NCBI GenBank assembly: GCA_002269645.1
Contig: NIVC01000292.1
Location: 124,001-188,000, forward strand
Direction: 5' to 3'
Source: Macrostomum lignano
Taxonomy: Eukaryota
DNA length: 64,000 nucleotides
Both the position numbers and the translations under genes were made by a program. How positions within the stretch are numbered: the first letter of the stretch is position 1; each line of letters opens with the position of its first letter. The notes beneath the pieces are model-generated. The model saw only the letters and a program-made list of their open reading frames with translations. It was not told the DNA's origin and did not search any database. Shown in pieces: positions 47,690 to 62,100 of this stretch.

Positions 47690-49770
47690 ATACTAGAATC
47701 CCAATCAAATCCCCGCCAAAATCCCCACCAGAATCCTCTTCAAAATCCGCACCAGAATCCTCTTCAAAATCCCCACCAGAATATCCAGCAGAATTCCGAT
47801 CAAGATCCCCATCAAAATCCCCACCAGAGTCACTATATAAATCCCCACAAGGATCCCCACCAGAATCCCAATCAGAATCCTCACCAGAATCCCAACCAGA
47901 ATCCCAATCAAGATCCCCACTAGAACCCCCATCAAAATCCACACCAGAGTCCCCGTATAAATCCCCACCTAAATCCCCTCCAGAATCCTCACCAGATCCC
48001 CATCAGAATCCTCACCAGAATCCCAACCAGAATCCTTACCAGATTCCCATCAGATCCCCATCAGAATCCTCACCAGATCCCCATCAGAATCCTCTCCAGA
48101 TCCCCACCAAAATCCTCACCAGAATCCTTACCAGATCCGCATCAGATCCCCATCAGATACCCACCAGAATCCTCACCAGATCCCCACCAGATCCCCATCA
48201 GGTCCCCATCAGGTCCCCATCAGATACCCATCAGATACCCACCAGAATCCTCACCAGATCTCCACCAGATCCCCATCAGGTCCCCATCAGATCCCCATCA
48301 GGTCCCCATCAGATACCCACCAGAATCCTCACCAGATCCCCACCAGATCCCCATCAGGTCCCCATCAGATACCCATCAGGTCCCCATCAGATCCCCATCA
48401 GATACCCATCAGATACCCACCAGAATCCTCACCAGATCCCCACCAGATCCCCATCAGATACCCATCAGATACACAACAGAATCCTCACCAGATCTCCACC
48501 AGATCCTCACCAGATCCCCATCAGATCCCCATCAGAATCGTCACCAGATCCCCATCAGAATCCTCTCCAGATCCCCACCAAAATCCTCACCAGAATCCTT
48601 ACCAGATCCGCATCAGATCCCCATCAGATACCCACCAGAATCCTCACCAGATCTCCACCAGATCCCCATCAGGTCCCCATCAGATCCCCATCAGGTCCCC
48701 ATCAGATACCCACCAGAATCCTCACCAGATCCCCACCAGATCCCCATCAGGTCCCCATCAGATACCCATCAGGTCCCCATCAGATCCCCATCAGATACCC
48801 ATCAGATACCCACCAGAATCCTCACCAGATCCCCACCAGATCCCCATCAGATACCCATCAGATACCCAACAGAATCCTCACCAGATCTCCACCAGATCCT
48901 CACCAGATCCCCATCAGATCCCCATCAGAATCCTCACCAGATCCCCATCAGAATCCTCTCCAGATCCCCACCAAAATCCTCACCAGAATCCTTACCAGAT
49001 CCGCATCAGATCCCCATCAGATACCCACCAGAATCCTCACCAGATCCCCACCAGATCCCCATCAGGTCCCCATCAGGTCCCCATCAGATACCCACCAGAA
49101 TCCTCACCAGATCTCCACCAGATCCCCATCAGGTCCCCATCAGATCCCCACCAGGTCTCCATCAGATACCCACCAGAATCCTCACCAGATCCCCACCAGA
49201 TCCCCATTAGGTCCCCATCAGGTCCCCATCAGATACCCATCAGGTCCCCATCAGATCCCCATCAGATCCCCATCAGATCCCCATCAGATCCCCATCAGAT
49301 ACCCATCAGATCCCCATCAGATCCCCATAAGATACCCACCAGAATCCTCACCAGATCTCCACCAGATCCTTACCAGATCCGCATCAGATCCCCATCAGAT
49401 ACCCACCAGAATCCTCACCAGATCCCCACCAGATCCCCATCAGGTCCCCATCAGGTCCCCATCAGATACCCACCAGAATCCTCACCAGATCTCCACCAGA
49501 TCCCCATCAGGTCCCCATCAGATCCCCACCAGGTCTCCATCAGATACCCACCAGAATCCTCACCAGATCCCCACCAGATCCCCATTAGGTCCCCATCAGG
49601 TCCCCATCAGATACCCATCAGGTCCCCATCAGATCCCCATCAGATCCCCATCAGATCCCCATCAGATCCCCATCAGATACCCATCAGATCCCCATCAGAT
49701 CCCCATAAGATACCCACCAGAATCCTCACCAGATCCCAACCAGATCCCCATCAGGTCCCCATCAGAATGC
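47690..49770. repeat. Degenerate 11-nt C-rich satellite (CCCCATCAGAT / CCTCACCAGAT) upstream of TCF25
   Basis: 2-kb array, more diverged at its left end, with higher-order duplications. Confidence 0.93.
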
Positions 49771-49909
49771 TCGGCTGATTCCCATCCCATGCAATCGAGT
49801 CGCCCTCTTGTGCATGCAAAGTTCTCCCAAGTTGGGAAGATTATCCGCACCGACCTGAGTCGGGAGTCGTTACCGATCGCAGCACTCGAGCGGCGGGCAG
49901 CAGCTCGCC

Positions 49910-51826
49910 ATGTCCCGTCGAGTTTTACGAAAGCTGCAGGAGGCGGAGGCCGCGGCCAAGGCGGCCGAGCTGGAGAAGGCGGACGCGGCTGCTCAAGATG
50001 AAGCTGAGGATGCTGAGCCCGCTGGCCGGGTCAACCAGTTCGCGCTGCTGATGTCGCAGGAGGACTCGCAGTCGGAGGCTGAGGATGCCGGAGAGGATGC
50101 GGAGCCGAGCAGCCCGCAGCCGCGGCAGCAGAAGCAGAAAAAGAAGAAGAGCAAGAAGGCAGGCAAGCGGAAGGGCGGGGAGGCTGCAGTGGATGAGGAG
50201 GACGAGTTCGCAGCGGCTCTGGCCAGCGCCGACTCGAACCCGGCACCTCCAGCGACGGTCTCGGCGGTGTCGAACGTCAGCGGCGGAGGCGGCAAGCCGC
50301 TGCTCAGCGTCGACCTCCGCCTGCTGGACGGCGGCCAGGAGCTGCGGCGGCTGTTCGGCCAGGCGGCAGGGGAGTCGGCGGCCCGCCAGCCGTCCACCAG
50401 GCGGCTCCAGCAGCAGCAGCCGGGCGGCTGGCGGCGCGGCCTGCTGGCCCAGCCGAAGCCCACGTGGCCGCCGGTGGTCCGCCTCGGCCTGTCCATGTCG
50501 CCGGACGCGGAGACCTTCGCCTCGGACAGCTTTCCGGCCGGCAGCGCCGCCTACCGGTTTGAGCACAGCCGCGAGTACCAGCGCACCCAGCTGGCCTTCG
50601 CCGACGCCGTCGAGTCCGGGCAGCCCGACCGCCTGGCCGAGATCCTGCACCGGCAGCCCTACCACGTCGACACCCTGCTGCAGCTGGCCGAGGTCTTCCG
50701 CCTGCAGGAGGACGCCGCCACCGCCGCCGACCTGGTCGAGCGCGCCCTGTACGCCATGGAATGCGCCGCTGCGCCCGGCTTCAGCTTCGCCAGCGACCGC
50801 TGCCGCCTCAGCTTCGCCCGGCGCGAGAACCGCGCCCTGTTCTCGGCGCTGCTGCGCCACGCCCTCGCCTTGACCGGCCGCTGCTGCCACCGCGCCTGCT
50901 TGGAGACCTGCAAGCTGCTGCTCAGCCTCAGCCCCACCGCCGATCCCATGGGCTCCCTGCTGCTCATCGATGCCGCCTGCCTCATGTCAGGTCAGGAGGA
51001 GTTCCTGCTCCGCCTGCTGCACGCCTGGGAGCCGTCCAGGCACCTGACCCAGCTGCCCAACTGGGCCTTCTCGGCCGCCCTCGCCCGCTTCCGCCTGGGC
51101 CGCCCCGATGCCGCCGCTGCTCTGGACGCTGCGCTCATCCAGTTCCCCTCTGTGCTGGCGCCGCTGCTCGCCCGCCTCAGCGTGGAGGCCGCGCCTCCCG
51201 TGTCCGGCTGCCGCCTGTTTAGCGCCGCCGAGGCCGACCGGGAGTCGAGTCCGGGACTTCGCCAGCTGTGCGGCCTCTACGTGCAGCGCTGCGGCCACTG
51301 CTGGAAGGAGGCCGCCGCCGTCACCTTCCTCGTGTCCGGCGCCGCCCGCGTCGCCGAAGCGGCCGCCGCCACCCCGCCGGATCCTCGCATCGCTGAGGCC
51401 GCCGAGCGGCGACGCCGCCGCTACCGGCGCACCCCGCTGAACGTCCTCCGGCACCTGGTCGTCTCCGAGGTCCGCGACGCCCTCGCCGACCTGCCGGCGG
51501 ACGTCGACCCGGCCGGGCTGAACGCCTTCGACCCGCTGCCGCCGCCCGACTCCGTGTGCGGCTACGACCTCGACCGGCTGCGCCGACTTCGCGCCGGCGC
51601 TGGCGGCGCCTCCGCTGCCGACGACGGTCTGCTGACCGCCTTCCTGCGCTCCCTGATGCCCAACTTCGACCCGAGCGCGCCGCCCCAGCCCCAGGGCGCC
51701 GAGGGCGGAGAAGGCGGTGGTGGCGGCGGCCTGGCGGGCCTCCTGGAGTCGGTGCGGCAGCTGCTGAACGGCCTGGGGCCGCCGCCTCCGCCGTTTGATG
51801 AAGAAGCGGACGGGGGTGTGGACTGA
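49910..51826 (+). CDS. TCF25: Transcription factor 25 / Nulp1 / Rqc1 (ribosome quality control complex subunit), intronless, 638 aa
   Basis: Motifs MSRRVLRKL, YRFEHSREYQ, PYHVDTLLQLAEV, ERALYAMECA, RLSFARRENR.LF, ACLETCKLLLSL.P..DPMG.LLLID and LPNWAFS.ALA are characteristic of the TCF25 family. Confidence 0.93.
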   Translation: MSRRVLRKLQEAEAAAKAAELEKADAAAQDEAEDAEPAGRVNQFALLMSQEDSQSEAEDAGEDAEPSSPQPRQQKQKKKKSKKAGKRKGGEAAVDEEDEFAAALASADSNPAPPATVSAVSNVSGGGGKPLLSVDLRLLDGGQELRRLFGQAAGESAARQPSTRRLQQQQPGGWRRGLLAQPKPTWPPVVRLGLSMSPDAETFASDSFPAGSAAYRFEHSREYQRTQLAFADAVESGQPDRLAEILHRQPYHVDTLLQLAEVFRLQEDAATAADLVERALYAMECAAAPGFSFASDRCRLSFARRENRALFSALLRHALALTGRCCHRACLETCKLLLSLSPTADPMGSLLLIDAACLMSGQEEFLLRLLHAWEPSRHLTQLPNWAFSAALARFRLGRPDAAAALDAALIQFPSVLAPLLARLSVEAAPPVSGCRLFSAAEADRESSPGLRQLCGLYVQRCGHCWKEAAAVTFLVSGAARVAEAAAATPPDPRIAEAAERRRRRYRRTPLNVLRHLVVSEVRDALADLPADVDPAGLNAFDPLPPPDSVCGYDLDRLRRLRAGAGGASAADDGLLTAFLRSLMPNFDPSAPPQPQGAEGGEGGGGGGLAGLLESVRQLLNGLGPPPPPFDEEADGGVD

Positions 51827-52553
51827 GGCTGGGCTGACTGGCACAAGTTGGGATGCAGACAATTAAAATATATAAAAGAAACGTGAAAGCGCATGAAATA
51901 CTACTATAAGTTTACTTGGGTAGCAGCATGACAATAAAACAAGTTCTGATCATGGAATTTCAGTCAGGTCCATATTCATTTGGTTTGGCTTGTCAAAGGA
52001 ATCAAGAAACACTTTGGAAATTTAGCGATATTGACGTAACAGTAAATTAGAACGCTTTTTAATAATTAATGTCCATTTCTCCACAGCCAACTCATAGTGG
52101 CTGTGACGGAAGTTTTGAGCGCAGATCAGAGGGATCTTTCTCGAAGTCTGACCATAGACGTAAGATGGAGAGGCCGCACTAATGGCTTGCTAAAAAGGTG
52201 ACCTAGCGTAAGGCCGATCGAAACTTTACGGTCTCTTAACTCCATTTGATGCCATTTCACCTTCGACATTGTCGGATGGTCGCCAATCAGTCTCAGAGCG
52301 ATCAGCCTTCGGTTTTGAATTCCAATTTGGAGGATTTCCTATCGGCCATCTCGAAGACTGTACAGCCAAAGGCCCTATTAAACGCATCACTCTCCGTGGA
52401 GTGCACTCACATGTACATGCATAATATGCCTTTCGGCTCTGTGCACTATTTCTGCTCAAATCTTGGGTAATCTTGAGCCGACACCTACTGCCTGTCTGTC
52501 TGACCGTCAGCCACTCAAATAGTGCAGGGCTCACTTAACATTTTATGATTTTC

Positions 52554-52870
52554 AATAATAAATAATAACTGATTACACCTGCCCTAATTGACAGACGTGC
52601 AACCGACAGCTCAGCCGCAGCTATTGCCGGCGCATCTGAAGGCTGCGTATGGCTGTTCAGTCCAAGGACTGGGGGGGGGGGTACACACCCTCAATTACCC
52701 CAGCTAATGCTGGCACCAATTTTACATTTACAGCTGGGTGAACTGAAGCAGTTTAGAGAGTTAAATGTCTTGCTCAATCAAGGACGCAAATTGTTCGTGT
52801 AGGATCGGGAATCGAACCCCCGACCTTCAAGTCGTAAGTCCGACGCTCTAACCAGGAGGCTACAACACCC
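52554..52870 (-). mobile_element. tRNA(Val-TAC-like)-derived SINE, family B
   Basis: Minus strand: GGGTGTTGTAGCCTCCTGGTTAGAGCG (A box), anticodon-like loop CTTACGA and GGTTCGATTCCC (B box). A body with TTGAGCAAGACATTTAAC...CCCAGCTGTAAAT resembles conserved SINE central domains, and there is a (TTA)n-like tail. Confidence 0.75.
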
Positions 52871-53975
52871 TGTATAAATAATTGAAACTGATATTAATCA
52901 ATTTATGTTACTGTAACGTATGAATAAAATAACTGTTAAACTCCTAACCGAAATATTTTGTTTGCTTTTTCAGCTATTAAATTTAATGCATTTTCCAAAT
53001 TCTTTCCATAATCAGATAAGCTTTCTGAAGTTTTGTCACAGAATATGGAAATATCGCTCAGAAACTTTAAGACAGATCAGAACTTAAAAAAACCTTTAAT
53101 TTGACACTGGGAGCAAAGAGGTCGTCACTTTTTTTCAATCTGATTTTTTAACTGAGTCTGCTGGCATGCTGGTAGATGATTAATATACGTTGGTGCGTTG
53201 CAAAGAGCCCAGCGGAGTTCATCTTCACCATAAACTATCTGCAGATTGTTTCACCAACATCAAACTCCAAACTAGCGCTCACCAATGCATTCACTGTCAT
53301 CTCTCTCACTCTCATTGTCCACCAGACTGACTTTAGCGTGTGGTCCTCTGTGCCATTCTGTACTTTAGCCATGCATTCCAGCTATATGGCCCAGATTAAT
53401 CGCACTTGAACCAGATTGGTTTCTGTTGTCTATGGCTTTGTATGCTTTGTCTGTGTAAACTCGCTGCCACGTCAGACCGTTAGCTGTCAGCCACGCACCA
53501 ATTTGAATAGATAAAAAACCAAGTAGGATCCACAAAATAATATATATATATTCTTGTTATTGACCCTGGTTTACCTCACTCAGTCTAATAAAGCACACAG
53601 AGTCCTTGCTTTCGAGAGCTCGCTATTATTCTGTCCGTCTCTATGTTGCTCATTCCATAGTCTATGGTCCAACCATCCAAGCACCAAACACTGTTGTTGT
53701 TCGCAAGCGAGCATGAGCCCCATTCTTGAATATCGACTTATTACCATAGACAAAATCAAGACAAGTTGACGCCAGTACAGGTTATGGGACAGTCTCTCGA
53801 GTTGAGCCATAGACAAACTCTCGGCCCAGCCTGTACATGCAAGCCTGCAGAGCAGTTAAAAAGCGATCAACGCTGTCAACTCCCACGACGAACTCACTTT
53901 GAATAAAAAATTGCATAGGTTTAGTCCATCTTCTGCAATTCATATTGAGTCCACTACACCTTGGCAACTGAAAGA

Positions 53976-54802
<827 letters not shown>

Positions 54803-55039
54803 ATCCCAGATGCTGACAGTGCAAATGGGCAGTCGTGTTTACGGGCAGTCGTGTTTAAGTGTTGGTTTTTGAACTTTTCAAATTGTTTAATTGATAAATA
54901 CACTGCTTGGCTTACAACCGCGCTATCAAATTATCGGACCGAGTTTGTAGCTATTTGATAAGCAAGTCGGAAGTGAAAATGGCACACTGAAAATTGTCAC
55001 TAATTTTTTCAAGACCAGCAGCACTGTTCAGAGAATCAG

Positions 55040-55232
55040 TGAACACAGCGGCTCTAACTTTTTATCTTTAGGCATGTGCACTACTCTGTGCCTTGGGGTT
55101 AATGGCAAAGGTAGAGCCAAGCCGAGGTTCTAATTTAGCTTTAAATTAATGTGACTGCACTTTGGAATCGAGCCCCGGCCGCTGGCAGATCAGAGCGCCG
55201 CCTTAGACCGCTAGGCTGCGGCCCCTTCCGCA
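55040..55232 (-). mobile_element. tRNA-derived SINE, family A copy 2
   Basis: Minus strand GCAGCCTAGCGGTCTAAGGCGGCGCTCTGATCTGCCAGCGGCCGGGGCTCGATTCC aligns with 17056-17120. Confidence 0.7.
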
Positions 55233-55259
55233 AGTCCAATGTTCCCCGTCCCCGTCTAA

Positions 55260-55300
55260 GACAGACAGATCAAACAGACAGACGGACACTGAGACGGACG

Positions 55301-55346
<46 letters not shown>

Positions 55347-55377
55347 TCAAACAGACAGACAGACGGACACTGAGACG

Positions 55378-55413
<36 letters not shown>

Positions 55414-55416
55414 GGC

Positions 55417-55471
<55 letters not shown>

Positions 55472-55502
55472 TCAAACAGACAGACAGACGGACACTGAGA
55501 CG

Positions 55503-55580
<78 letters not shown>

Positions 55581-55581
55581 T

Positions 55582-55612
<31 letters not shown>

Positions 55613-55627
55613 ACGGACACTGAGACG

Positions 55628-55665
<38 letters not shown>

Positions 55666-55696
55666 TCAAACAGACAGACAGACGGACACTGAGACG

Positions 55697-55727
<31 letters not shown>

Positions 55728-55731
55728 ACTA

Positions 55732-55800
<69 letters not shown>

Positions 55801-55803
55801 CTA

Positions 55804-55844
<41 letters not shown>

Positions 55845-55936
55845 CTAAGACAGACAGACAGACAGACACTAAGACAGACAGACAGACAGACAGACAGACA
55901 CTAAGACAGACACTAAGACAGACTAAGACAGACACT
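55260..55936. repeat. (GACA)n microsatellite, inverted relative to 54027-54600
   Basis: Array with GACACTAA, GACACTGAGACG and GATCAAAC variants. Confidence 0.98.
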
Positions 55937-56167
55937 CTTTTGCCGTGGCTGGACTTGCATATATGGGGGGAGCATTGTCATTTGAGGCTTATTTAGAGCT
56001 TATTTTGGCCCAACCCAAAAAGTTGGGCCAATCCGCCCGGGACCGCCCCCCCACTACTTTAAAATCGTGGGTCCGCCACTGATGGCAATAACTGAATTCT
56101 ACAAATACTTGCAGTCGTACGGTAAAACAAAATGTAAAAACTCAATTGTAAAAAAACATATCTTGCA

Positions 56168-59100
56168 CTATTTAGTAAAGTAATTTGATTCTCTTAAAAG
56201 ACAAAGTCTTTCTTTTTGCTTTGTATAGTTCGGCAGCTGTAGACGGCCCTGCATCGGAGGAAGAGGGAAAATGAGACACCCACCTCAATAGTATCCTAAT
56301 AGTACATTTGTTATACGGGGCCACAGGTCCTAAAAATATTCTGTGAGCTACCAATACCGTAGACCTTCCGAGGGACACTAGGTATTGCATACCGATCCGA
56401 ATCCAATGCACTTTTATCCTGCTTATTGAGGACCAATCCAAATCTAATATTGAGATGATCTAAATCAACACTACTACAAGTAGGCTGTGTATGTATCGTG
56501 CCATAACTTTACTAACTTAACTTCACTTACATAAAATTATGCGACCAAAAACCGGTGCTCGTCGAAATTGCTCTCAAGGACAAAACTATTTAGTTGTTGT
56601 TAAACTGGGGTGAGAAGCTGGGCTTACCCGCGGATCAGCCCTAAGGGGGCTCTGCCGCTAGGAGCTATTTGTGGGCCATACTACCAGGAGCATATATATA
56701 GCTCGAGAGGCCACGGTTGGGACCAGAGCTCAGGACTCTGGGAGAGCATGGAGCATTGGTGCTACTAGCCCAAACCTACGGTACAAGACACCGCTGACCA
56801 ACAATCGAATCAGGGACGGTGCTAAGACCGAATCCACCCAGGCCACCCCCCCCCCCAGCTGACAAGTCTTTGGGTGTGCGCGAAAAAAGAAATTGGATTG
56901 CGAAATGCTTGGGATACTACTCTAAGCGGTCCGAGAGCGGGTTAACCCAGAGTCTACGGAAAAGGCTTGAAAAATTTAGTTGGAGCGAGTCTGGGAGGCT
57001 TGTATCCGAGGGCGAGACTCCAGGCAGGAAGACCGTCTACCTCTATTGCTCAAGCCCAAGGGCATCACCTACCCAGCTCTATATTGGGGGCCAGGCCAAG
57101 GAGTCGGGAGAGGGGCACCCGGGGCAAGAGGACCCGGACTCAGCCGGTATCCCCGGTACGAGACGAACTTCCAGCCCAGGACGCCAATCCCCTGTCAGGA
57201 TGAGAGCCAGAGACACAATAGGCAGGGAACTTCCAGAGGTGCCAGCCAGGTTTGTGTCGCCTGATCTTTTACGATCTTTCGTTTCTTTCTTTCGCAAAAC
57301 TCCTGAAATTGATTCCAGAATGGAGTAAAGTGTGTCAGCTTGATGGAGTAGTAATCAGGTTACTTGTCAGAAACAGTCCATATTCCTAGTGGCTGCACTC
57401 ACCCTAGCAGCCGCTTGCACCTTGGCGATGAGCTCGCCCTCGGCCTCTTCTTCTGGTGTTTCGCGCCGCCTGCAGTGAAAAGTGCAGTTTAGGCGTGACG
57501 CAAGTGACTTTGCTGAAACATGATGTCACGTTATTGGCGTAGCGGCCAGCTATGCGGTGACCCTTAAAAGGGCCGTTTTAGTCCCAAAATAAGTTGAAGT
57601 CAATTCTTGTAAAGCGGATTTTGTAGCGGAGCACTTGGCGATAAAGGCAGGAACTGCCGTAGTTGTCTTTATTGTTAATATCAGTATTAAGTTTGGTTGT
57701 TACTGGCAATAAACAGACTATAGCTTTCTGGGCACTGGCGGCTGCAGCAATGGGTTGAATATAATTTGGATATGAAGTCAAGTGGCAGGCGAATGACACA
57801 ATGGCGACGTGACGTGAGCAGTGGCTATGAGCACCGTGAAGGCAGTGAAACGTAGTGGTGAGTAGGCGTCGGTCGTGGCGTGAAACAGTCAAGTAAGTGT
57901 GTGAGCAGGCTGGCCCAGACAGAAGGGCCGTGGTGAGAAATAAGGAGGCTCGAGGCAGCCAGACAAACAGATAAGACAGCTAAGAGGCCGCAGGGAAGGA
58001 AACAAGGAACAAGCGGAGAGAGAGGAGCGAGAGAGAGCGAGGGGAGATTGCGTCCTACTAACAAAAATACGTGCCGGACAGGGGCAAACCACAAAAAGCC
58101 TATAATAGGGGAAAGTCCTATCACGCAAACCACCCAGACTAACTGTCAGGCAATAGTCCCTACAAACAATCAGCGCACAGCGTAACCTGGCGTGGCTTGG
58201 CACACGCAGCGGAGCTATCTTGGCAGAGCGTAAGCTCGAGCTCAACGCAGTTGACAGCGCGCGTTGCTCAGGGCGACGACCAGCGACGACTCGCGGCGAC
58301 GAGCGAAGACCGGCCGAGCAGTCAGGACCCCTGGGCCTGACGTGGCACAGGCTCTCGCAGCCTTGCGGACCGAACCTCAGGCGTGGCACAGGCTCTCGTA
58401 GCCTTGCGGACCGAACCTCAGGCGTGGCACAGGCTCTCGCAGCCTTGCGGACCGTCAGGCAGAAACGTGGCAGGCCGGCACTCAGTCACGAGCCGGCAGA
58501 GCTGAGCAGAATCTTGCTGACGCTTGGTTGCGAGCTGGCAGGGCTGAGCAGAAGTCTTGATGGCGCTGATTACGAGCTGGCAGGGCTGAGCAGAAGTCTT
58601 GATGGCACTGACTTAGTTGCGAGCCGGCAGTGCTGAGTAGGAGTCTCGGTGGTGCTGACTTAGTTGCGAGCCGGCAGTGCTGAGTAGGAGTCTCGGTGGT
58701 GCTGGCTTAGTTGCGAGCCGGCAGTGCTGAGTAGGAGTCTCGGTGGTGCTGACTTAGTTGCGAGCCGGCAGTGCTGAGTAGGAGTCTCGGTGGGACCTCC
58801 AAAATTATGTCACGTTATTGGCGTAGCGGCCAGCTATGCGGTGACCCTTAAAAGGGCCGTTTTAGTCCCAAAATAAGTTGAAGTCAATTCTTGTAAAGCG
58901 GATTTTGTAGCGGAGCACTTGGCGATAAAGGCAGGAACTGCCGTAGTTGTCTTTATTGTTAATATCAGTATTAAGTTTGGTTGTTACTGGCAATAAACAG
59001 ACTATAGCTTTCTGGGCACTGGCGGCTGCAGCAATGGGTTGAATATAATTTGGATATGAAGTCAAGTGGCAGGCGAATGACACAATGGCGACGTGACGTG

Positions 59101-62100
59101 AGCAGTGGCTATGAGCACCGTGAAGGCAGTGAAACGTAGTGGTGAGTAGGCGTCGGTCGTGGCGTGAAACAGTCAAGTAAGTGTGTGAGCAGGCTGGCCC
59201 AGACAGAAGGGCCGTGGTGAGAAATAAGGAGGCTCGAGGCAGCCAGACAAACAGATAAGACAGCTAAGAGGCCGCAGGGAAGGAAACAAGGAACAAGCGG
59301 AGAGAGAGGAGCGAGAGAGAGCGAGGGGAGATTGTGGAACAGGCGGGGAGAGACGAAAAAGGGTGAGGGGTGCCCGCCGCCAGGCGGGGGGTTTAATAAA
59401 AGAGCGCAGAGGGGGGTAGCGCGAGCACGAGTGATTTCATTGGCTGGCGAGAGAACTTAAAATTATCGATCGTGCCAATTTTATACGGTTGCGAGAGAGG
59501 ATAGCAAAATATACAATGAATTATAAATTGCCACAAAATCGTTGGGCACTACTACAAGTAAACGTCGCAATAAACGAATGGAAAAGTTTAGTTGAAACGG
59601 TGAAACTGAAGGGTTGAATGACTATGGAGAACAGCAGTCCAACGGCCCTTTTCGGGACCACCTTAAACTGACAACGTCACACCCGCCTCCCTTCCGAAAA
59701 AGGATAGGGTCGCGCAAAAAGAAAACCAACACGCGGGTGACGGCAAGAAAAACACAACGTGACCGCAGTTTATGAAATTATAGCAGAGTGAATTACAGTG
59801 GGGTTGAGTCAGTTTGTATGAGCATATGATTACCGGACAAAATTACAAAGTTCCAACGGCTACAGACTATTACGAGAACAGAACATTACAGGGCAGTAGA
59901 ACACGGTGAGCACGAGCAATACAACATGGTGGTGTTACAAAAACATTACAAAATACAACAATGGTTACGGAAAGTAGTGCACGACGGAGCGCGCGGCGCG
60001 CGCGAACACAAAAACGACAAAGGACGCGCAGAAGTGATACGATGGATGAGGCAAACACAGAACAAGGATGACAAGGTGGATGAGGCAAAGGATGCAGAGC
60101 AGAGGCACGGAACAGAGGCACAGCCCGGACAACTGCGGGCAAACGACGCCAAGCGTCAAGGGCGGCGGGACACGGCGCGGCGCGCCAAGGCGGAAGGGAG
60201 AAACCGGCGCAAGAGCGCCCAAGGCGGAGACACGGCGCAGCGCGCCAAGGCAGAGACGGCGCAATGCGCCAGGCGGAGAACGGCGCAGCGCGCCAAGGCA
60301 AAGACGGCGCAGCGCGCCAGGCAGGAACGGCGCCACGCGCCAAGGCAGGAAACGGCGCAAGGGCGCCACGCGGGAACGGCGCCACGCGCCAAACAGAGAA
60401 CGGCGCCACGCGCCAGGCAGAGGATGGCGCCACGCGCCAGAGGCAGAGGATGGCGCTACGCGCCAAGGCAGAGGATGGCGCTACGCGCCAAAGGCAGAGG
60501 ACGGCGCTACGCGCCAAGGCAGAGGATGGCGCTACGCGCCAAAGGCAGAGGACGGCGCTACGCGCCAAGGCAGAGGATGGCGCTACGCGCCAAAGGCAGA
60601 GGACGGCGCAGCGCGCCAGGCGGAGGACGGCGCTACGCGCCAAAGGCAGAGAGAGCGTGCGTGCGGTGCGGTGTGTGTGTGTGTAGTGCTTACTTTTACC
60701 CCACAAGTATTATATCTACCTAGTGTTTATGGAATTTGCGAAATTTAATGATCAATTGCAGTTGATTTTTGAAGTAAACGACGCTGACCTGATCAGCCAG
60801 CTGCGCAGCGTTACGCTGCACTCGTCAATGAGCTGACCAGGGTCGCGCTGCACTGAGCTAGCTATGTTCCTATATGCATTTTTTCGAGTTTTCAATGGTT
60901 GCTTTTCCAGTTTTTATTTTCCTTTTTGAGTTATTTATGCGTTTCACTAGTCGCCAGTAGTTATGCTTTAATTACTAACCGTATATTGCACATTATATGG
61001 TTTCGGGGTATTACTATTAGCGTCAGAGATGACGCACTTATTCATTTCATCGACTTTGGTAATACCGAACGGATGCTATAGGACTATTCTAAGCTATTTT
61101 TTATTTTATTTATTTTAGTTAGCTATATAAATTATCAAATTGCAATGTCGCTGCAGTTTATCCCCTTGACTACGGTGGTTGGCTGTTGGCTGGTACAGCT
61201 GTGGAAGTTGTGCACACTAGTATCTGGCAGTGAGTAACAGCTGTGGCTTGTGTTTTGTGGCTTGCGGCTGGCAGATGCCGCAGGGACCTGTGACCAACAG
61301 GTGCCACAGGAGGTAGTTTAACGCCTTGCCCGGGGCGTGAGCTTGCGGTCTACAGGTGCCGCAGAGACCTGTGGCTGACAGGTGCCACAGGAGGTAGTTT
61401 TACGCCTTGCCCGGGGCGTGAACTTGCGGTCTACAGGTGCCGCAGAGACCTGTGGCTGACAGGTGCCACAGGAGGTAGTTTTACGCCTTGCCCGGGGCGT
61501 GAACTTGCGGTCTACAGGTGCCGCAGAGACCTGTGGCTGACAGGTGCCACAGGAGGTAGTTTTACGCCTTGCCCGGGGCGTGAGCAAACTAATGCTTGCC
61601 ACCCTACAGCTGGAGCAGGCCGGACACCTGGCACGCCCGGTACCTAACGGGTGGGCAGATGGGGCGCCCATAGCTGGGTCTGGGTTCAGTGGCTGGGGCT
61701 GGTGGATTAACTGCCTGTGCGGCGACTGGGTCCGCCACAGGCTCGGGAGGCGCCATGCCGAAGTCTTCCCCGTTGCCGGACATTGTGCGAGATGAAGCTC
61801 AGGCAGGAGCCCGAGTGAGGCGAACGGAGCAACCACGAGTGAGAGTAAGGTTCCAGAGAGAACGAATTGAGGTTGATGACGCGAGAGAGACGAGAGAGAT
61901 TGTGGAACAGGCGGGGAGAGACGAAAAAGGGTGAGGGGTGCCCGCCGCCAGGCGGGGGGTTTAATAAAAGAGCGCAGAGGGGGGTAGCGCGAGCACGAGT
62001 GATTTCATTGGCTGGCGAGAGAACTTAAAATTATCGATCGTGCCAATTTTATACGGTTGCGAGAGAGGATAGCAAAATATACAATGAATTATAAATTGCC

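Noticed and set aside
52795-52870. Functional tRNA-Val gene
   Set aside because: The acceptor stem pairs poorly and the sequence continues into a SINE body and tail.
61740-61756. Second PBS TGGCGCCTCCCGAG after a longer 5' LTR
   Set aside because: Ambiguous. It also reads as ATG GCG CCT within a short gag-like ORF, and I cannot match it confidently to a tRNA 3' end.
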